This document shows positions 36,505 through 50,489 of a stretch of 64,000 bases of DNA, piece by piece. The position numbers and the translations under genes are program-made. Source of the stretch: Macrostomum hystrix (lineage: Eukaryota > Animalia > Platyhelminthes); contig CATNEN010000003.1 in assembly GCA_950097015.1 (NCBI GenBank), forward strand, positions 8,928,001 to 8,992,000, given 5' to 3'. Within the stretch, counting starts at the first letter, position 1. The number at the start of each line of letters is the position of its first letter. The notes under the pieces are model-generated. The model was not told the DNA's origin, searched no databases, and worked only from the letters and a program-made list of their open reading frames with translations.

Positions 36505-39500
36505 ATGGCTCTAACTCCTTTGCCTCACACTGCAAACATGCGCCACGTCAACGACATCGGGTTCTCCCTGACTGGTCGCGTCAGGAAGCGAGAACGAGCT
36601 CGCATTGAGGCCACCGTAACCGAATTCATTCAACAAAACTACGATAGCATCCGGGCGCAATTCAGCGGCTCGGTGCCCTCCATACGGCTATGCATCAACA
36701 GAGCCACTAACGTGATCAGTATTGTGCCAGCAACCAAAACTGACACCGAGTACTTGAGCAACAGCGGAGTTGTCAACAATTCGAAACGGACGCGACGTCT
36801 TCGAAGAACGACCTCGACGGCGCCCGACTTGGTTACTCAAACAAGTAGCACAACTTTTGCTGATAGTTCTCGCGAGAAGGTTGCCAAGACTGACACAACT
36901 GTCACAACGGCGCCTAGTGACGCTGACGACAATGCTAAGGCCAGGAGCAATGTAAAACAAGGTCAAGATCAAGCAGACCAGAACAAAATCGCTGACGAAT
37001 CAATTGATGGGGCTATTGAATACCTGATGGCAAGAGATCGCCTCGGTGCTAGCGCCGGCGTCAACACGGATTCGAAAACTGTTAAACAGCGTCTGTTTCG
37101 CAGCGCAATACCATCTCTGTGCGCTGATAATAATGCCTCCACGCAGTCGTTCGCACCTCTAGAGAAGCTGGAGCTGATGCAATCGGAGAGTCGCAAGCTT
37201 TCAAATATCCCACTCAACTTTACTAAAGTTCCTGGTGAAGATGGCAATGATTGTCCTCTGGTTGGAGACGGCTACGACTGCGAGGCGCGGGGCGCGGAAT
37301 TTCGTCAACAATTTCCTTCGCTTAGAGGCGACTTCTTCGTCTTCTATGATCACGGAGAGAGTCAGTGAGTCAGTTTGTTCTGGTTCATTTAAACTAATTG
37401 ATGCTTTTTGATTATATAAACTATAGGCATAGCAAAGGGGTTGGGGCCCCGTCAAAACAGAGCAAAGAAGGCGCATGATGTTCTAGAACACTTTTGCTGG
37501 AAACAATAGGAGAAGAAGGACGGGTTCTTAGAAACTCATAATGCATTCTTAGAAACTCATAATGTTTTCTTATAAATTCCTATGCATTCTTAGAAACTCT
37601 TATTGCTTTCTTAGAAACCCTCTAATTTTTTCTTAGAAACCCCTATGCATTCTTATAAACTCCTAAAGTTTTCTTAGAAACTCCTAATGGTTTCTTAGAA
37701 ACTCCTAATGGTTTCTTAGAAACTCATAATGTATTATTAAATACTCCAGATTTTTTCTTAGAAGCTCCTATGCATTCTTATAAACTCCTAAAGTTTTCTT
37801 AGAAACTCCTAATGGTTTCTTAGAAACTCATAATGTATTATTAAATACTGCAGATTTTTTCTTAGAAGCTCCTATGCATTCTTAGAAACTCCTAATGGTT
37901 TCTTAGAAACTCCTAATGGTTTCTTAGAAACTCATAATGTATTATTAAATACTCCAGATTTTTTTTAGAAGCTCCTATGCATTCTTAGAAACTCCTAATG
38001 CATTCTTAGAAACGCTTAATGCTTTCTTAGAAACTTATGATACATTCTTAGAAACCCATGACGCTTTCTTAGAACATATTTTCACCGAAAAAAACACATT
38101 AAGGAGATATAGAAAATTGTCACCTTACACTGTGATTGTCTTTAATTAGAGGCGCAGCAAAGTCTCACAGTTTGATATTCGTTCTTATTTATAGCTTCAT
38201 CGCTCATGTCAAATGATTAAAATCTTCATGAGCGAAAGATTAAGATTTCACATCTCCGTAGTGCATTTAAATAAAACAGGAAAAATAGTTTTTTGAAAAT
38301 AAAACAAATTCGTCTAATTCTTTAATGCAGCTGCCGCAAGGTGCTTCTGGCCATGGGATTCACTGAGAAGCAGCCAACTGAAGACAAAGATATTTTACGC
38401 AACTGCGACCAGATGTCGATTTTATGGTGCAACGGTGCCATGTCGGTTTCGAAGCGAAAGTCTGGCCTTGGTGAGTCCTATAGCTCATTAAAATTTCCAG
38501 CCTAAAAACTGTGTAGTCGAGCCTGGTTTAATTTAATGTATAAATTGGTTTGCATGTTGAATTAAATGAAGAAAAGTGATTTCTGATCTGATCGAAAGGG
38601 AGCAAAGTATATAATTTCATGAAATCACACTCCACTGCGGTTGGTTAGTGGAGTGAGGTGGCTGGTTGGAGTGAGGTGGCTGGTTGGAGTGAGGTGGCTG
38701 GTTGGAGTGAGGTGGCTGGTTGGAGTGAGGTGGCTGGTTGGAGTGAGGTGGCTGGTTGGAGTGAGGTGGCTGGTTGGAGTGAGGTGGCTGGTTGGAGTGA
38801 GGTGGCTGGTTGGAGTGAGGTGGCTGGTTGGAGTGAGGTGGCTGGTTGGAGTGAGGTGGCTGGTTGGAGTGAGGTGGCTGGTTGGAGTGAGGTGGCTGGT
38901 TGGATCGTGTGAGGTGATTGGTTGGAGTGAGGTGGCTGGTTGGAGTGAGGTGGCTGGTTGGAGTGAGGTGGCTGGTTGGAGTGAGGTGGCTGGTTGGAAT
39001 GAGGTGGCTGGTTGGAATGAGGTGGCTGGTTGGAATGAGGTGGCTGGTTGGAATGAGGTGGCTGGTTGGAATGAGGTGGCTGGTTGGATCGTGTGAGGTG
39101 ATTGGTTAAAGTGAGGTGGCTGGTTGGAGTGAGGTGGCTGGTTGGAATGAGGTGGCTGGTTGGAGTGAGGTGGCTGGTTGGAGTGAGGTGGCTGGTTGGA
39201 ATGAGGTGGCTGGTTGGAGTGAGGTGGCTGGTTGGAATGAGGTGGCTGGTTGGAATGAGGTGGCTGGTTGGAGTGAGGTGGCTGGTTGGAGTGAGGTGGC
39301 TGGTTGGAATGAGGTGGCTGGTTGGAGTGAGGTGGCTGGTTGGAGTGAGGTGGCTGGTTGGATCGAGTGAGGTGGTTGGTTAGAGTGAGGTGGCTGGTTG
39401 GAATGAGGTGGCTGGTTGGAGTGAGGTGGCTGGTTGGATCGAGTGAGGTGGTTGGTTAGAGTGAGGTGGCTGTTTGGAGTGAGGTGGCTGGTTCCTGCGC

Positions 39501-42500
39501 GGTTGTTAATAATGATAATTGCAGGAGGGCTGTGGGCGACGGCACATCATTTCGTGACACTAAGCCCACAGCCAGTGAGGATGCAGTTCTGCCCGTTCCG
39601 CTGACACTTGAGCACACACGCTCACACAGGTGTGTTTATCTGCGCTGAATTTCTCAGCGTCAGGCAGTTTATACTCTTGCTGTGCCTTGGAGGTTGGCCC
39701 TCGTGGGCGGAATCGAGCTCAGGGACCTTGGTGAGAGAGGCAAACGCGTTATCGGCTCTACCACTGACCCCCAAGTGAGGTGGTTGGTTAGTTAAGGTCT
39801 CATTTGCAAGGTCTTAATCAATCAATGCAGGTAACTCTTTAGTGTTTCTCGCTTATCACACATCCTCACCCGTGCAGGCTATCACATAGTGAACAGGGTT
39901 CGCTTTCGCGGCCTCATCACTAACAAGTGCAGCCTGGTGAGAACACTGGCCGAGTTTGAGTTAAGCCATCCCAGCCTTGTGCCATTTGGACTAGAGGCCT
40001 CGAACTTCCTGCCAGCTACCATCCATCTGAATGGGGCCGGCGCTATCGATGTGCTTCATAAGATTCGTAAGAATATAATTATTACCTATTTATTGAGCGG
40101 CTTATCGATTCCTGGTAGTACAGGAAACCCAGGCCTTTAATAATCATCATCTTGATGGGCTCTGTCGTTCTGCAACAAGCCAAGAAGCGTTCGTTTACAC
40201 AAGGTCACACGACTTTCTCGTCGTCAGGCAGTGTACACTGTGTCAGTGTCACAGCACGTGCCTTCAGAGGGTTAGGGTATTGTGGGCTAAAGTTGTACGA
40301 CAAGCTCCCAAAGTTCTCCGCCTAAATTGAGCTCATGCATGGGCCTTGTTGCGAAAATTTGGGATTTTGAACCTTTGCATTTGTTAGGTCGCGGCGGTCT
40401 TTATCTGATCAAGCCGGGCTACTCAGACTGCGGCAAGGGCATTGTTCTTTATCGCTCCGATGGGACTCTATCGAATCTTATCAACAGCCTATCAACCAAT
40501 TATCCTGGCTATTCGCACAAAGATCTGGTGCTGCAAAAGTACATCGAGAATCCGCTTCTAATTGATAGTAAGAAATTCGATCTGCGCGTCTACCTACTGG
40601 TGGTGCCGAACCAACGACGCGACATCGGTGTCTACGCCTTCGTACATCCCGGCTATGTTCGCGTGGCCTGCCGAGCCTACGATATTAACAGCGACGACCT
40701 GACACTGCACTTGACTAATCAGGCTGTGCAGCACAAGGACAAGACTTATAAAACTGTCAAGGAGGATACTGTGTGGTCGCCTGACTCGCTCAATTCGTAA
40801 GTGCTTCATGCTATTGCTGATGCAATCAAGGACCAGTAGATTCTCAGGGTATCGGCTGATGCAATCAAGGACCAGTAGGTTCTCAGGGTATCGGCTGATG
40901 CAATCAAGGACCAGTAGATTCTCAGGGTATCGGCTGATGCAATCATGGACCAGTAGATTCTCAGGGTATCGGCTGATGCAATCAAGGACCAGTAGGTTCT
41001 CAGGGTATCGGCTGATGCAATCATGGACCAGTTGGTTTTCAGGGTATCGGCTGATGCAATCAAGGACCAGTAGATTCTCAGGGTATCGGCTGATGCAATC
41101 AAGGACCAGTAGATTCTCAGGGTATCGGCTGATGCAATCAAGGACCAGTAGGTTCTCAGGGTATCGGCTGATGCAATCAAGGACCAGTAGGTTCTCAGGG
41201 TATCGGCTGATGCAATCAAGGACCAGTAGGTTCTCAGGGTATCGGCTGATGCAATCATGGACCAGTAGGTTTTCAGGGTATCGGCTGATGCAATCAAGGA
41301 CCAGTAGGTTCTCAGGGTATCGGCTGATGCAATCAAGGACCAGTTGGTTTTCAGGGTATCGGCTGATGCAATCAAGGACCAGTAGGTTCTCAGGGTATCG
41401 GCTGATGCAATCAAGGACCAGTTGGTTTTCAGGGTATCGGCTGATGCAATCAAGGACCAGTAGGTTCTCAGGGTATCGGCTGATGCAATCATGGACCAGT
41501 AGATTCTCAGGGTATCGGCTGATGCAATCAAGGACCAGTAGGTTCTCGGCGTATCGGCTGATGCAATCATGGACCAGTTGGTTTTCAGGGTATCGGCTGA
41601 TGCAATCAAGGACCAGTAGGTTCTCAGGGTATCGGCTGATGCAATCATGGACCAGTATATTCTCAGGGTATCGGCTGATGCAATCAAGGACCAGTAGGTT
41701 CTCGGCGTATCGGCTGATGCAATCATGGACCAGTAGGTTCTCAGGGTATCGGCTGATGCAATCAAGGACCAGTAGATTCTCAGGGTATCGGCTGATGCAA
41801 TCAAGGACCAGTAGATTCTCAGGGTATCGGCTGATGCAATCAAGGACCAGTAGATTCTCAGGGTATCGGCTGATGCTATCAAGGACCAGTAGATTCTCAG
41901 GGTATCGGCTGATGCAATCATGGACCAGTAGATTCTCAGGGTATCGGCTGATGCAATCAAGGACCAGTAGATTCTCAGGGTATCGGCTGATGCAATCAAG
42001 GACCAGTAGATTCTCAGGGTATCGGCTGGTGCAATCCAATGTCCAGTAATTTTGTGTAGTTAAAGATGTACGCGCGTTGAGAAGTGGAGTTGGCACGTTG
42101 GAATTCGCCACTTTATAGTAATCGTAATCATTTTTTTCAACTGAAACCAACAAACCAGGTACCTGAACCAGCACCTCAAAGATCTGAAGGTGCCCTGCAT
42201 AGACTGGGTTCGTCGTCTACTCTATCCTCGAATCCGAGCCATCCTAGGTCACGTGATCTCCATAGTATCCAGCTCATTGTGCGACGAGCCATTCTCATAC
42301 GAACTATTCGGCTGTGATTTTCTTGTGGACTCCAACTTCAACGTCTGGCTATTGGAGGTTAACTCAGATCCGTCTTTGAACAAGTCGACTCAGGTTTTAC
42401 GCCAGATTGTCACCCAGGCTGTCGAGGAGGCTGTCGCTTTGTCTACTGAAGTCATACAACGCGCGGCGAGAGGTTTGCCAGTAAAAAATTTGGTCACCCT

Positions 42501-42603
42501 GCAGGATTTTCGCAAGATCTTCAGCCACAGCAACGATTCGGTGTTGCGCTGCATCTTTGCTGAGAGTAACATAATCCGGCCGAACTACAATTTCGCTAGA
42601 TGA
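36505..42603 (+). CDS. TTLL10: tubulin-tyrosine-ligase-like protein, TTLL10-like, paralog B; ~680 aa, 5 exons
   Basis: Exons 36505-37364, 38331-38470, 39878-40066, 40388-40796, 42159-42603 (2043 nt) join in frame via GT-AG. Motifs YLIKPGYSDCGKGI, LQKYIENPLLIDSKKFDLRVY, HPGYVR, HLTNQAVQ, DWV, FGCDFLVD, VWLLEVNSDPSL. Start ATG (GCCATGG) inferred. Confidence 0.88.
37525..38075. repeat. degenerate 21-bp minisatellite (GTTTCTTAGAAACTCCTAATG)n, TTLL10-B intron 1
   Basis: Tandem copies with variants. Confidence 0.9.
38640..39492. repeat. 18-bp minisatellite (GGARTGAGGTGGCTGGTT)n, TTLL10-B intron 2
   Basis: Near-perfect copies; one more unit follows the SINE at 39774-39791. Confidence 0.97.
39505..39772 (-). 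mobile_element. tRNA-derived SINE, internally deleted copy
   Basis: Reverse complement has the GGGGGTCAGTGGTAGAGCCG head, GCTCGATTCCGC B box and shared 3' body; central segment missing. Confidence 0.82.
40200..40365 (-). mobile_element. highly decayed SINE fragment
   Basis: TCAGGCAGTGTACACT...GTGCCTT...TTGTACGACAAGCTCCCAA..TTCTCCGC resembles the SINE body. Confidence 0.5.
40815..42035. repeat. 39-bp minisatellite (GGCTGATGCAATCAWGGACCAGTAGRTTCTCAGGGTATC)n, TTLL10-B intron 4
   Basis: About 31 copies. Confidence 0.97.
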
Positions 42604-42849
42604 CTTCGAATGTTGTATGCGCCGAGTGCCTAAAATCTCAATTTCGTTTCCACCACTACTTTAATTATTGACTTACGAGATGCCGAACACTGAAACACAA
42701 GTATATGCTTTTTCGGCTCCGCTGCGTTAAGGCAACTAAAATTGCTTTTTTGGGAACTCTCTACCAACATGCAGAAAGCCTAGCACCCTACTATCTTAGA
42801 AGTCTGTCTGCCTACAACCTCAAAATTTGTCTCCGTGCGAAATATTTAA

Positions 42850-44258
42850 TTCGGGCTCCCTACAACCCTAGAAGTCGGGCTCCCAACAACCCTAGAAGTC
42901 GGGCTCCCTACAACCCTAGGAGTCGGGCTCCCTACAATCCTGGACGTCGGGCTCCCTACAAGCCTAGAAGTCGGGTTCCCTACAACCCAAGAAGTCGGGC
43001 TCCCAACAACCCTAGTAGTCGGGCTCCCAACAACCCTAGGAGTCGGGCTCCCTACAATCCTGGACTTCGGGCTCCCTAAAACCCTAGAAGTCGGGCTCCC
43101 TACAACCCTAGAAGTCGGGCGCCCTACAACCCTAGAAGTCGGGCTCCCTACAACCCTAGAAGTCGGGCTCCCTACAACCCTAGAAGTCGGGCTCCCTACA
43201 ACCCTAGGAGTCGGGCTCCCTACAACCCAAGAAGTCGGGCTCCCAACAACCCTAGGAGTCGGGCTCCCTACAACCCTAGAAGTTGGGCTCCCTACAACCC
43301 TAGAAGTCGGGCGACCTACAACCCTAGAAGTCTGGCTCCCTACAACCCTAGAAGTCGGGCTCCCTACAACCCTAGAAGTCGGGTTCCCTACAACCCAAGA
43401 AGTCGGGCTCCCTACAACCCTAGTAGTCGGGCTCCCAACAACCCTAGGAGTCGGGCTCCCTACAATCCTGGACTTCGGGCTCCCTAAAACCCTAGAAGTC
43501 GGGCTCCCTACAACCCTAGGAGTCGGGCTCCCTACAACCCAAGAAGTCGGGCTCCCAACAACCCTAGTAGTCGGGCTCCCAACAACCCTAGGAGTCGGGC
43601 TCCCTACAATCCTGGACTTCGGGCTCCCTACAACCCTAGAAGTCGGGCTCCCTACAACCCTAGAAGTCGGGCTCCCAACAACCCTAGTAGTCGGGCTCCC
43701 AACAACCCTAGGAGTCGGGCTCCCTACAATCCTGGACTTCGGGCTCCCTAAAACCCTAGAAGTCGGGCTCCCTACAACCCTAGAAGTCGGGCTCCCTACA
43801 ACCCTAGAAGTCGGGCTCCCAACAACCCTAGGAGTCGGGCTCCCTACAACCCAAGAAGTCGGGCTCCCAACAACCCTAGGAGTCGGGCTCCCTACAACCC
43901 TAGAAGTCGGGCTCCCTACAACCCTAGTAGTCGGGCTCCCTACAACCCTAGAAGTCGGGCTCCCTACAACCCTAGAAGTCGGGCTCCCAACAACCCTAGT
44001 AGTCGGGCTCCCAACAACCCTAGGAGTCGGGCTCCCTACAATCCTGGACTTCGGGCTCCCTAAAACCCTAGAAGTCGGGCTCCCTACAACCCTAGAAGTC
44101 GGGCTCCCTACAACCCTAGAAGTCGGGCTCCCAACAACCCTAGGAGTCGGGCTCCCTACAACCCAAGAAGTCGGGCTCCCAACAACCCTAGGAGTCGGGC
44201 TCCCTACAACACTAGAAGTCGGGCTCCCTACAACACTAGAAGTCGGGCTCCCTACAAC
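42850..44258. repeat. 24-bp minisatellite (TCGGGCTCCCWACAACCCTAGRAG)n
   Basis: Tandem copies downstream of TTLL10-B. Confidence 0.97.
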
Positions 44259-44799
44259 ATTGACATTGACATTGATGTCAAAAATAAGTTTAAAGATTTG
44301 CGCAATCAGAACATACCAAAAATATGCTGGTGGACCAAGTTAAGAAGATGTAAGCTAAGAAAAGAATATCAATTAATGACTTTAAATGAACCTTTAACAG
44401 TCAGTTTAAATGTAATATTACTGAACTATTTAAATTAAACTTTTCTTTTACACTTATTTCTTGTCTACTAATTTTTTATTTTCTGATGGGTCCTTATAGT
44501 GACACTTGTTTTTAGAAATTTTTACCAAATTTTACGAAGCTGAGCAAGCTTGAGGAAGAAAAGGAAAAATTATTTTCTTTTTGATAAAAAAACACTTGCC
44601 AATTTTCTGAGCGCAAATTAATATTTGCGGCAAAATATGACATTTTTGTTTGTTTGTGCCTTTCCAAAGCATTGTCTATGCAATAATTTGAGTGATGTAG
44701 ACGGATACGAATATATAAGGAGGATTAGGCGAGGTATTAGACAAGAGGATTAGAAAGATAGGGTTTGGGGGAGGATGAGAGGAAGAGGATTAGAATGAG

Positions 44800-45185
44800 A
44801 TTATTAGAGGGAGAGGATTAGAGGGAGAGGGTTAGAGGGAGAGGATTAGAGGGAGAGGGTTAGAGGGAGAGGGTTAGAGGGAGAGGATTCGAGGGAGAGG
44901 ATTAGAGGGAGATTATTAGAGGGAGAGGATTTGAGGGAGAGGATTAGAGGGAGAGGATTTGAGGGAGAGGATTAGAGGGAGAGGATTAGAGGGAGAGGAT
45001 TAGATGGAGAGTGTTAGAGGGAGAGGATTAGAGGGAGAGGGTTAGAGGGAGAGGATTAGAGGGAGAGGGTTAGAGGGAGAGGGTTAGAGGGTGAGGATTA
45101 GAGGAAGAGGGTTAGAGGGAGAGGTTAGAGGGAGAGGATTAGAGGGAGAGGGTTAGAGGGAGAGGTTAGAGGGAGAGGATTAGAC
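44800..45185. repeat. 14-bp minisatellite (TTAGAGGGAGAGGR)n
   Basis: Tandem copies. Confidence 0.93.
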
Positions 45186-45712
45186 GGGGATGAGACATAG
45201 GCAAAGTAAATGTGAGCTTACGATTTCAAATATTAGATAAATGAAGGATATAATTTTTATGTTCATTATTCGTCCAACAAAAAAATCAGAAGTGACATAA
45301 TGAACATCGAACATAAAAAATATCAAAGAACCAAAGAACAAAAATTTTGTCGGAATGCAAGAAGGCACGTGCCGACTGTGGAACAATGTCTGTGTCCATT
45401 AGGTTAATTAACACCTTTTCAATCCTCAGAGGTAAATAAATTGTCTTTAATGGATGCCCACGATTGCTACTGTGCGTTGAGTGTCGCTAAGTGATAAAAT
45501 CTTATATTATAGAGAGGCTTCTGCAGGTGGCTATAATGGACTGCTTCCGTTAATTGGCTAATAATGCCTGGTTGTCAAGGCAGAGACACAAGGTCAATGA
45601 GTCAATGTGTTAGGACTGTTTCTCGACCTATAATAAAAATTAAGAAAAAACTATAGAAGCAAATGTTAAAGGAAAGCAAGGGAAAAGTTGTTAGAAAAGA
45701 TGACAGTGTGTG

Positions 45713-46160
45713 ATGGGATCTTGGGATATGGGATCTTGGGATATGGGATCTTGGGATATGGGATCTTGGGATATGGGATCTTGGGATATGGGATCTTGGG
45801 ATATGGGATCTTGGGATATGGGATCTTGGGATATGGGATCTTGGGATATGGGATCTTGGGATATGGGATCTTGGGATATGGGATCTTGGGATATGGGATC
45901 TTGGGATATGGGATCTTGGGATATGGGATCTTGGGATATGGGATCTTGGGATATGGGATCTTGGGATATGGGATCTTGGGATATGGGATCTTGGGATATG
46001 GGATCTTGGGATATGGGATCTTGGGATATGGGATCTTGGGATATGGGATCTTGGGATATGGGATCTTGGGATATGGGATCTTGGGATATGGGATCTTGGG
46101 ATATGGGATCTTGGGATATGGGATCTTGGGATATGGGATCTTGGGATATGGGATCTTGGG
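45713..46160. repeat. perfect 15-bp minisatellite (TGGGATCTTGGGATA)n
   Basis: About 30 identical copies. Confidence 0.98.
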
Positions 46161-46234
46161 GATAGATATAATCAATCCTAATGAATCGAATTCGCAACAC
46201 TGAAGTAGTAGTGATTCACAGAAGCGCTCAATTA

Positions 46235-46482
46235 TTAACCAATAGCAGACGAGCAATCAGACCGCCATTCTCCAGCCAATGAGAGCAAATTATGATAAGA
46301 AAGAAAACTGATTTCATATCCGTCTTTTCCTCCCCAGCAAGCTAACGTGCCGAGAATATTGAAGAATCAAGGAGCCAAACAGACGAATTTTAAAGCGAAT
46401 TTCTAGAAATTTCCAAAACAATTATTTCAAAGACGCGAAGAAAATTGAATGAGTGTCAATTAAGAATTGAGCTTATTTTCAG
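46235..46482 (+). promoter_or_regulatory. probable NHLH promoter and non-coding first exon
   Basis: CCAAT boxes at 46239 and 46276; strong donor CAG|GTAAGG after 46482; acceptor TTGTTTGTTACAG ending 48160, 25 nt before the ATG. Confidence 0.5.
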
Positions 46483-46876
46483 GTAAGGAAATTTTTTCTT
46501 TTTTTGTCTTATGTGTGTCTCATCGATTTGATTAAATGTTAAAAAAGAAAATTTCCCTATCTATATTGCTCAGAATGAATTTAGTTTTGTGCTTTACTAT
46601 TCAGTAAAGATTGGATTATAGAACGGATGGCTCCAGATCACATCCCAGCCATTCTCTTGCTTAGATATTCAAAATCCCTTGGCGTAGGGGGAATGGGAAG
46701 TCTAAGAAACACCCTCCCTTGCAGAAGAGAATAATCCCATCGTATCCTGCAGTATCGAGTTATCGAATTAGAAGTGTGAAATATAGAAATTCTCATTATC
46801 ATGCGAGTATATAGTTCATGATTTATAAAATATTTAATTATTCATTGCACGAATATTGGTTAGAACATGCAGGACA

Positions 46877-47840
46877 TGGGATCTCAGTGAAAATTGAGGA
46901 TTTCTGCGAAAATATGGGATTTCTGTGAGAATTGAGGATTTCCGTGAGAATATGGGATCTCAGTGAAAATTGAGGATTTCTGCGAAAATATGGGATTTCT
47001 GTGAGAATTGAGGATTTCTGTGAGAATTGAGGATTTCTGTGAGAATTGAGGATTTCTGTGAGAATTGAGGATTTCTGTGAGAATTGAGGATTTCTGTGAG
47101 AATTGAGGATTTCTGTGAGAATTGAGGATTTCTGTGAGAATTGAGGATTTCTGTGAGAATTGAGGATTTCTGTGACAATTGAGGATTTCTGTGAAAATGG
47201 AGGATTTCTGCGAGAATTGAGGATTTCTGTGAAAATGGAGGATTTCTGCGAAAACATGGGATTTCTGTGAGAATTGAGGATTTCTGTGAGAATTGAGGAT
47301 TTCTGTGAGAATTGAGGATTTCTGTGAGAATTGAGGATTTCCGTGAGAATTGAGGATTTCTGTGAGAATTGAGGATTTCTGTGAGAATTGAGGATTTCTG
47401 TGAGAATTGAGGATTTCTGTGAGAATTGAGGATTTCCGTGAGAATTGAGGATTTCTGTGAGAATTGAGGATTTCTGTGAGAATTGAGGATTTCTGTGACA
47501 ATTGAGGATTTCTGTGAAAATGGAGGATTTCTGCGAGAATTGAGGATTTCTGTGAAAATGGAGGATTTCTGCGAAAACATGGGATTTCTGTGAGAATTGA
47601 GGATTTCTGTGAGAATTGAGGATTTCTGTGAGAATTGAGGATTTCTGTGAGAATTGAGGATTTCCGTGAGAATTGAGGATTTCTGTGAGAATTGAGGATT
47701 TCTGTGAGAATTGAGGATTTCTGTGAGAATTGAGGATTTCTGTGAGAATTGAGGATTTCCGTGAGAATTGAGGATTTCTGTGAGAATTGAGGATTTCTGT
47801 GAGAATTGAGGATTTCTGTGAGAATTGAGGATTTCTGTGA
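46877..47840. repeat. 19-bp minisatellite (GAGAATTGAGGATTTCTGT)n, NHLH 5' UTR intron
   Basis: Tandem copies with a 323-bp higher-order repeat; decayed copies continue to about 48080. Confidence 0.96.
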
Positions 47841-48185
47841 AAAAAATATTTATTTAGGCTATGAGATTTCGGTGAGAAATGAGGATTTTGGTAAAAATGT
47901 AGGCTTTCGTTGTGAGTATGGGTTAGAATTCGGGATTTCGGGGGAGAATAGATTTCTTTTAGAGTATAGGATTTAGGTAAATATATGGGATTTTAGTTGG
48001 GGTGTGGGATTTCTGTGAGAGAATGGGATTTCAGTGAGAATATGGGATTTTGTTGAGCATTGAGGATTTTGGTGAGAATTTTAGGTTTATTTCGAAAGGC
48101 AGTTTTGGGAAAAAAAGATAAATATGAATAAAACTCGGTCCCTTGAATTGTTTGTTACAGTTGACACCCAGAATCAGCAAGCCAA

Positions 48186-48284
48186 ATGCGTTTCGGATCG
48201 GAGAACGATGTGTTGTCGCTGCAGTGCGGTATGAATTCGACTGAGACAGGTAAGAACGAGAGCCCGCATCAGCACCTGCAGTAT

Positions 48285-48320
<36 letters not shown>

Positions 48321-48439
48321 CATCATCAGAAGCTGGATCAACACGAACAGCACTTTTTTCAGCAGCAGAATCATCATCAGCAGAAGCAACAGCAGCTGCA
48401 GCTACAGCGCGTGAATCGTAGTAGCCTATCAGATCAATT

Positions 48440-48470
<31 letters not shown>

Positions 48471-48572
48471 GCCAGCGGCGGTAACAGCAACGATGGAAAC
48501 GAAAGCTTCAGTGTAGGCTACGACTTGAACGCGAATTCCTCGCACCAGAATTTTCAATTAAACTATCAGCAT

Positions 48573-48605
<33 letters not shown>

Positions 48606-49022
48606 GATCTCTCAACCATAGACTACTGCGATCAGCTAACAATGGACAACCAACGTGGCCTCATGCAGCCTCCGCCACCGCCGCCTCCTCTGTCACAGAA
48701 ACAGCAGCAGCAGCAGCAACAGCAGCTGAATCCGCCAGCAGTGTCAGCCGTATCATCGGAGACCTCCTCGATCGAGGAGGCCAACGATTGGGTTCATCTG
48801 ACCCGCGAGGAGCGGCGCAGGCGCCGACGCGCCACCATCAAGTATCGGACGGCGCATGCAGCCAGAGAGCGAGTTCGCGTCGAGGCCTTCAACGCCGCCT
48901 TCAGCGAATTGCGCAAACTGCTGCCGACCCTACCGCCAGAGAAGAAGCTGTCTAAGATTGAAATCCTGCGCTTGGCCATCTGCTACATTATGTACCTCAA
49001 CTATGTGCTTCAGAGCTCTTGA
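48186..49022 (+). CDS. NHLH: bHLH transcription factor, NHLH/NSCL/HEN family; 278 aa
   Basis: C-terminal [65 protein letters not shown] is nearly identical to the NHLH1/2 bHLH; poly-Q/S/P N-terminus. Confidence 0.95.
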
Positions 49023-49239
49023 TTATCGATCCGAATCTATTTTTAACTTGGAGGGATTTCCCGCATAACGTTGCGATTCCCCCAGTGCCTGGTCACGCTA
49101 TCACTTGAATTTAATTATTTAATTAATAGGTCCTGCTTATCAATCGGAATCTATTAATTGCTGGAATGGATTCTACAGTAAACACAGGATCCCATAGACA
49201 GCAGATTTTCCCACGAGCAATCCGAAAAATGCAGGGAAT

Positions 49240-50040
49240 ACCCGGACGAGAAAGGTATTCCCTGGACAAGGCAAAAGTTCCCTATACGAGACAGGGATTC
49301 CCCGGACAAGACAAGGATTCCCTAGACAAGACAGGGTTTCCCTTGACGAGACAAGGTTTCCCTAGACAAGACAGGGTTTCCCTTGACGAGACAGGGTTTC
49401 CCTAGACAAGACAGGGTTTCCCTTGACGAGACAAGGATTCCCTAGACAAGGCAGGGTTTCCCAAGACAAGACAGGGTTTCCCTTGACGAGACAAGGATTC
49501 CCAAGACAAGACAGGGTTTCCCTTGACGAGACAAGGTTTCCCTAGACAAGACAGGGTTTCCCTTGACGAGACAAGGTTTCCCTAGACAAGACAGGGCTTC
49601 TCTTGATGAGACAGGGTTTCCCTAGACAAGACAGGGCTTCTCTTGATGAGACAGGGTTTCCCTAGACAAGACAGGGTTTCTCTTGATGAGACAGGGTTTC
49701 CCTAGACAAGACAGGGTTTCTCTTGATGAGACAGGGTTTCCCTAGACAAGACAGGGTTTCCCTAGACAAGACAGGGTTTCTCATGATGAGACAGGGTTTC
49801 ACTAGACAAGACAGGGTTTCCCTAGACAAGACGGGGTTTCCCTAGACAAGACAGGGTTTGCCTTGTCGAGACAGGGTTTCCCTAGACAAGACAGGGTTTC
49901 TCATGATGAGACAGGGTTTCCCTAGACAAGACGGGGTTTCCCTAGACAAGACAGGGTTTCCCTTGACGAGACAGGGTTTCCCTAGACAAGACAGGGATTC
50001 CCCGGACAAGAAAAGGATTCCACACACAAGACAAGGATTC
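49240..50040. repeat. 20/40-bp minisatellite (GACAGGGTTTCCCTAGACAA / GACAGGGTTTCCCTTGACGA)n
   Basis: Alternating 20-bp units downstream of the NHLH stop. Confidence 0.94.
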
Positions 50041-50489
50041 TCCTTACTGCGAAAAAATGCCTAATACTGTAGTTTCAAGTCACATGACTCGTTATAAAAA
50101 CTCTAACTACATTGTTTGGTGTCTGTGTTTTAGCTTTGCAATACAAAAACTTTTTGCGTTGTATTTGTGTTTTATGAAAAAAAACTATAGTTTTCTAATA
50201 AATGGTTTTGCCTACAGTAGCAATAAATAGCTTGTAATCATTAGTTGCGCCATGAAATTATTGGCTAGAGAACAAAGAACTTAAGATGCTTATTTGCTTG
50301 ATTTTTCGAAACGAATGTATGTACTCGTAATTGTAGGTTATTCCCACAATTTTAAATTCAATATTCTGAATTATATTATTACTTGACTGAATGTAGTACT
50401 GCTTCATATTAATTAACCAATTATAAAACTCGTAAAAAGGATAGGTTTTTGTTTTAGGTATTGATGATTGAACTTTCAGTAAATGCATT

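Noticed and set aside
44800-45185. Telomeric array or chromosome end
   Set aside because: The unit is TTAGAGGGAGAGGR rather than TTAGGG, and genes continue on both sides
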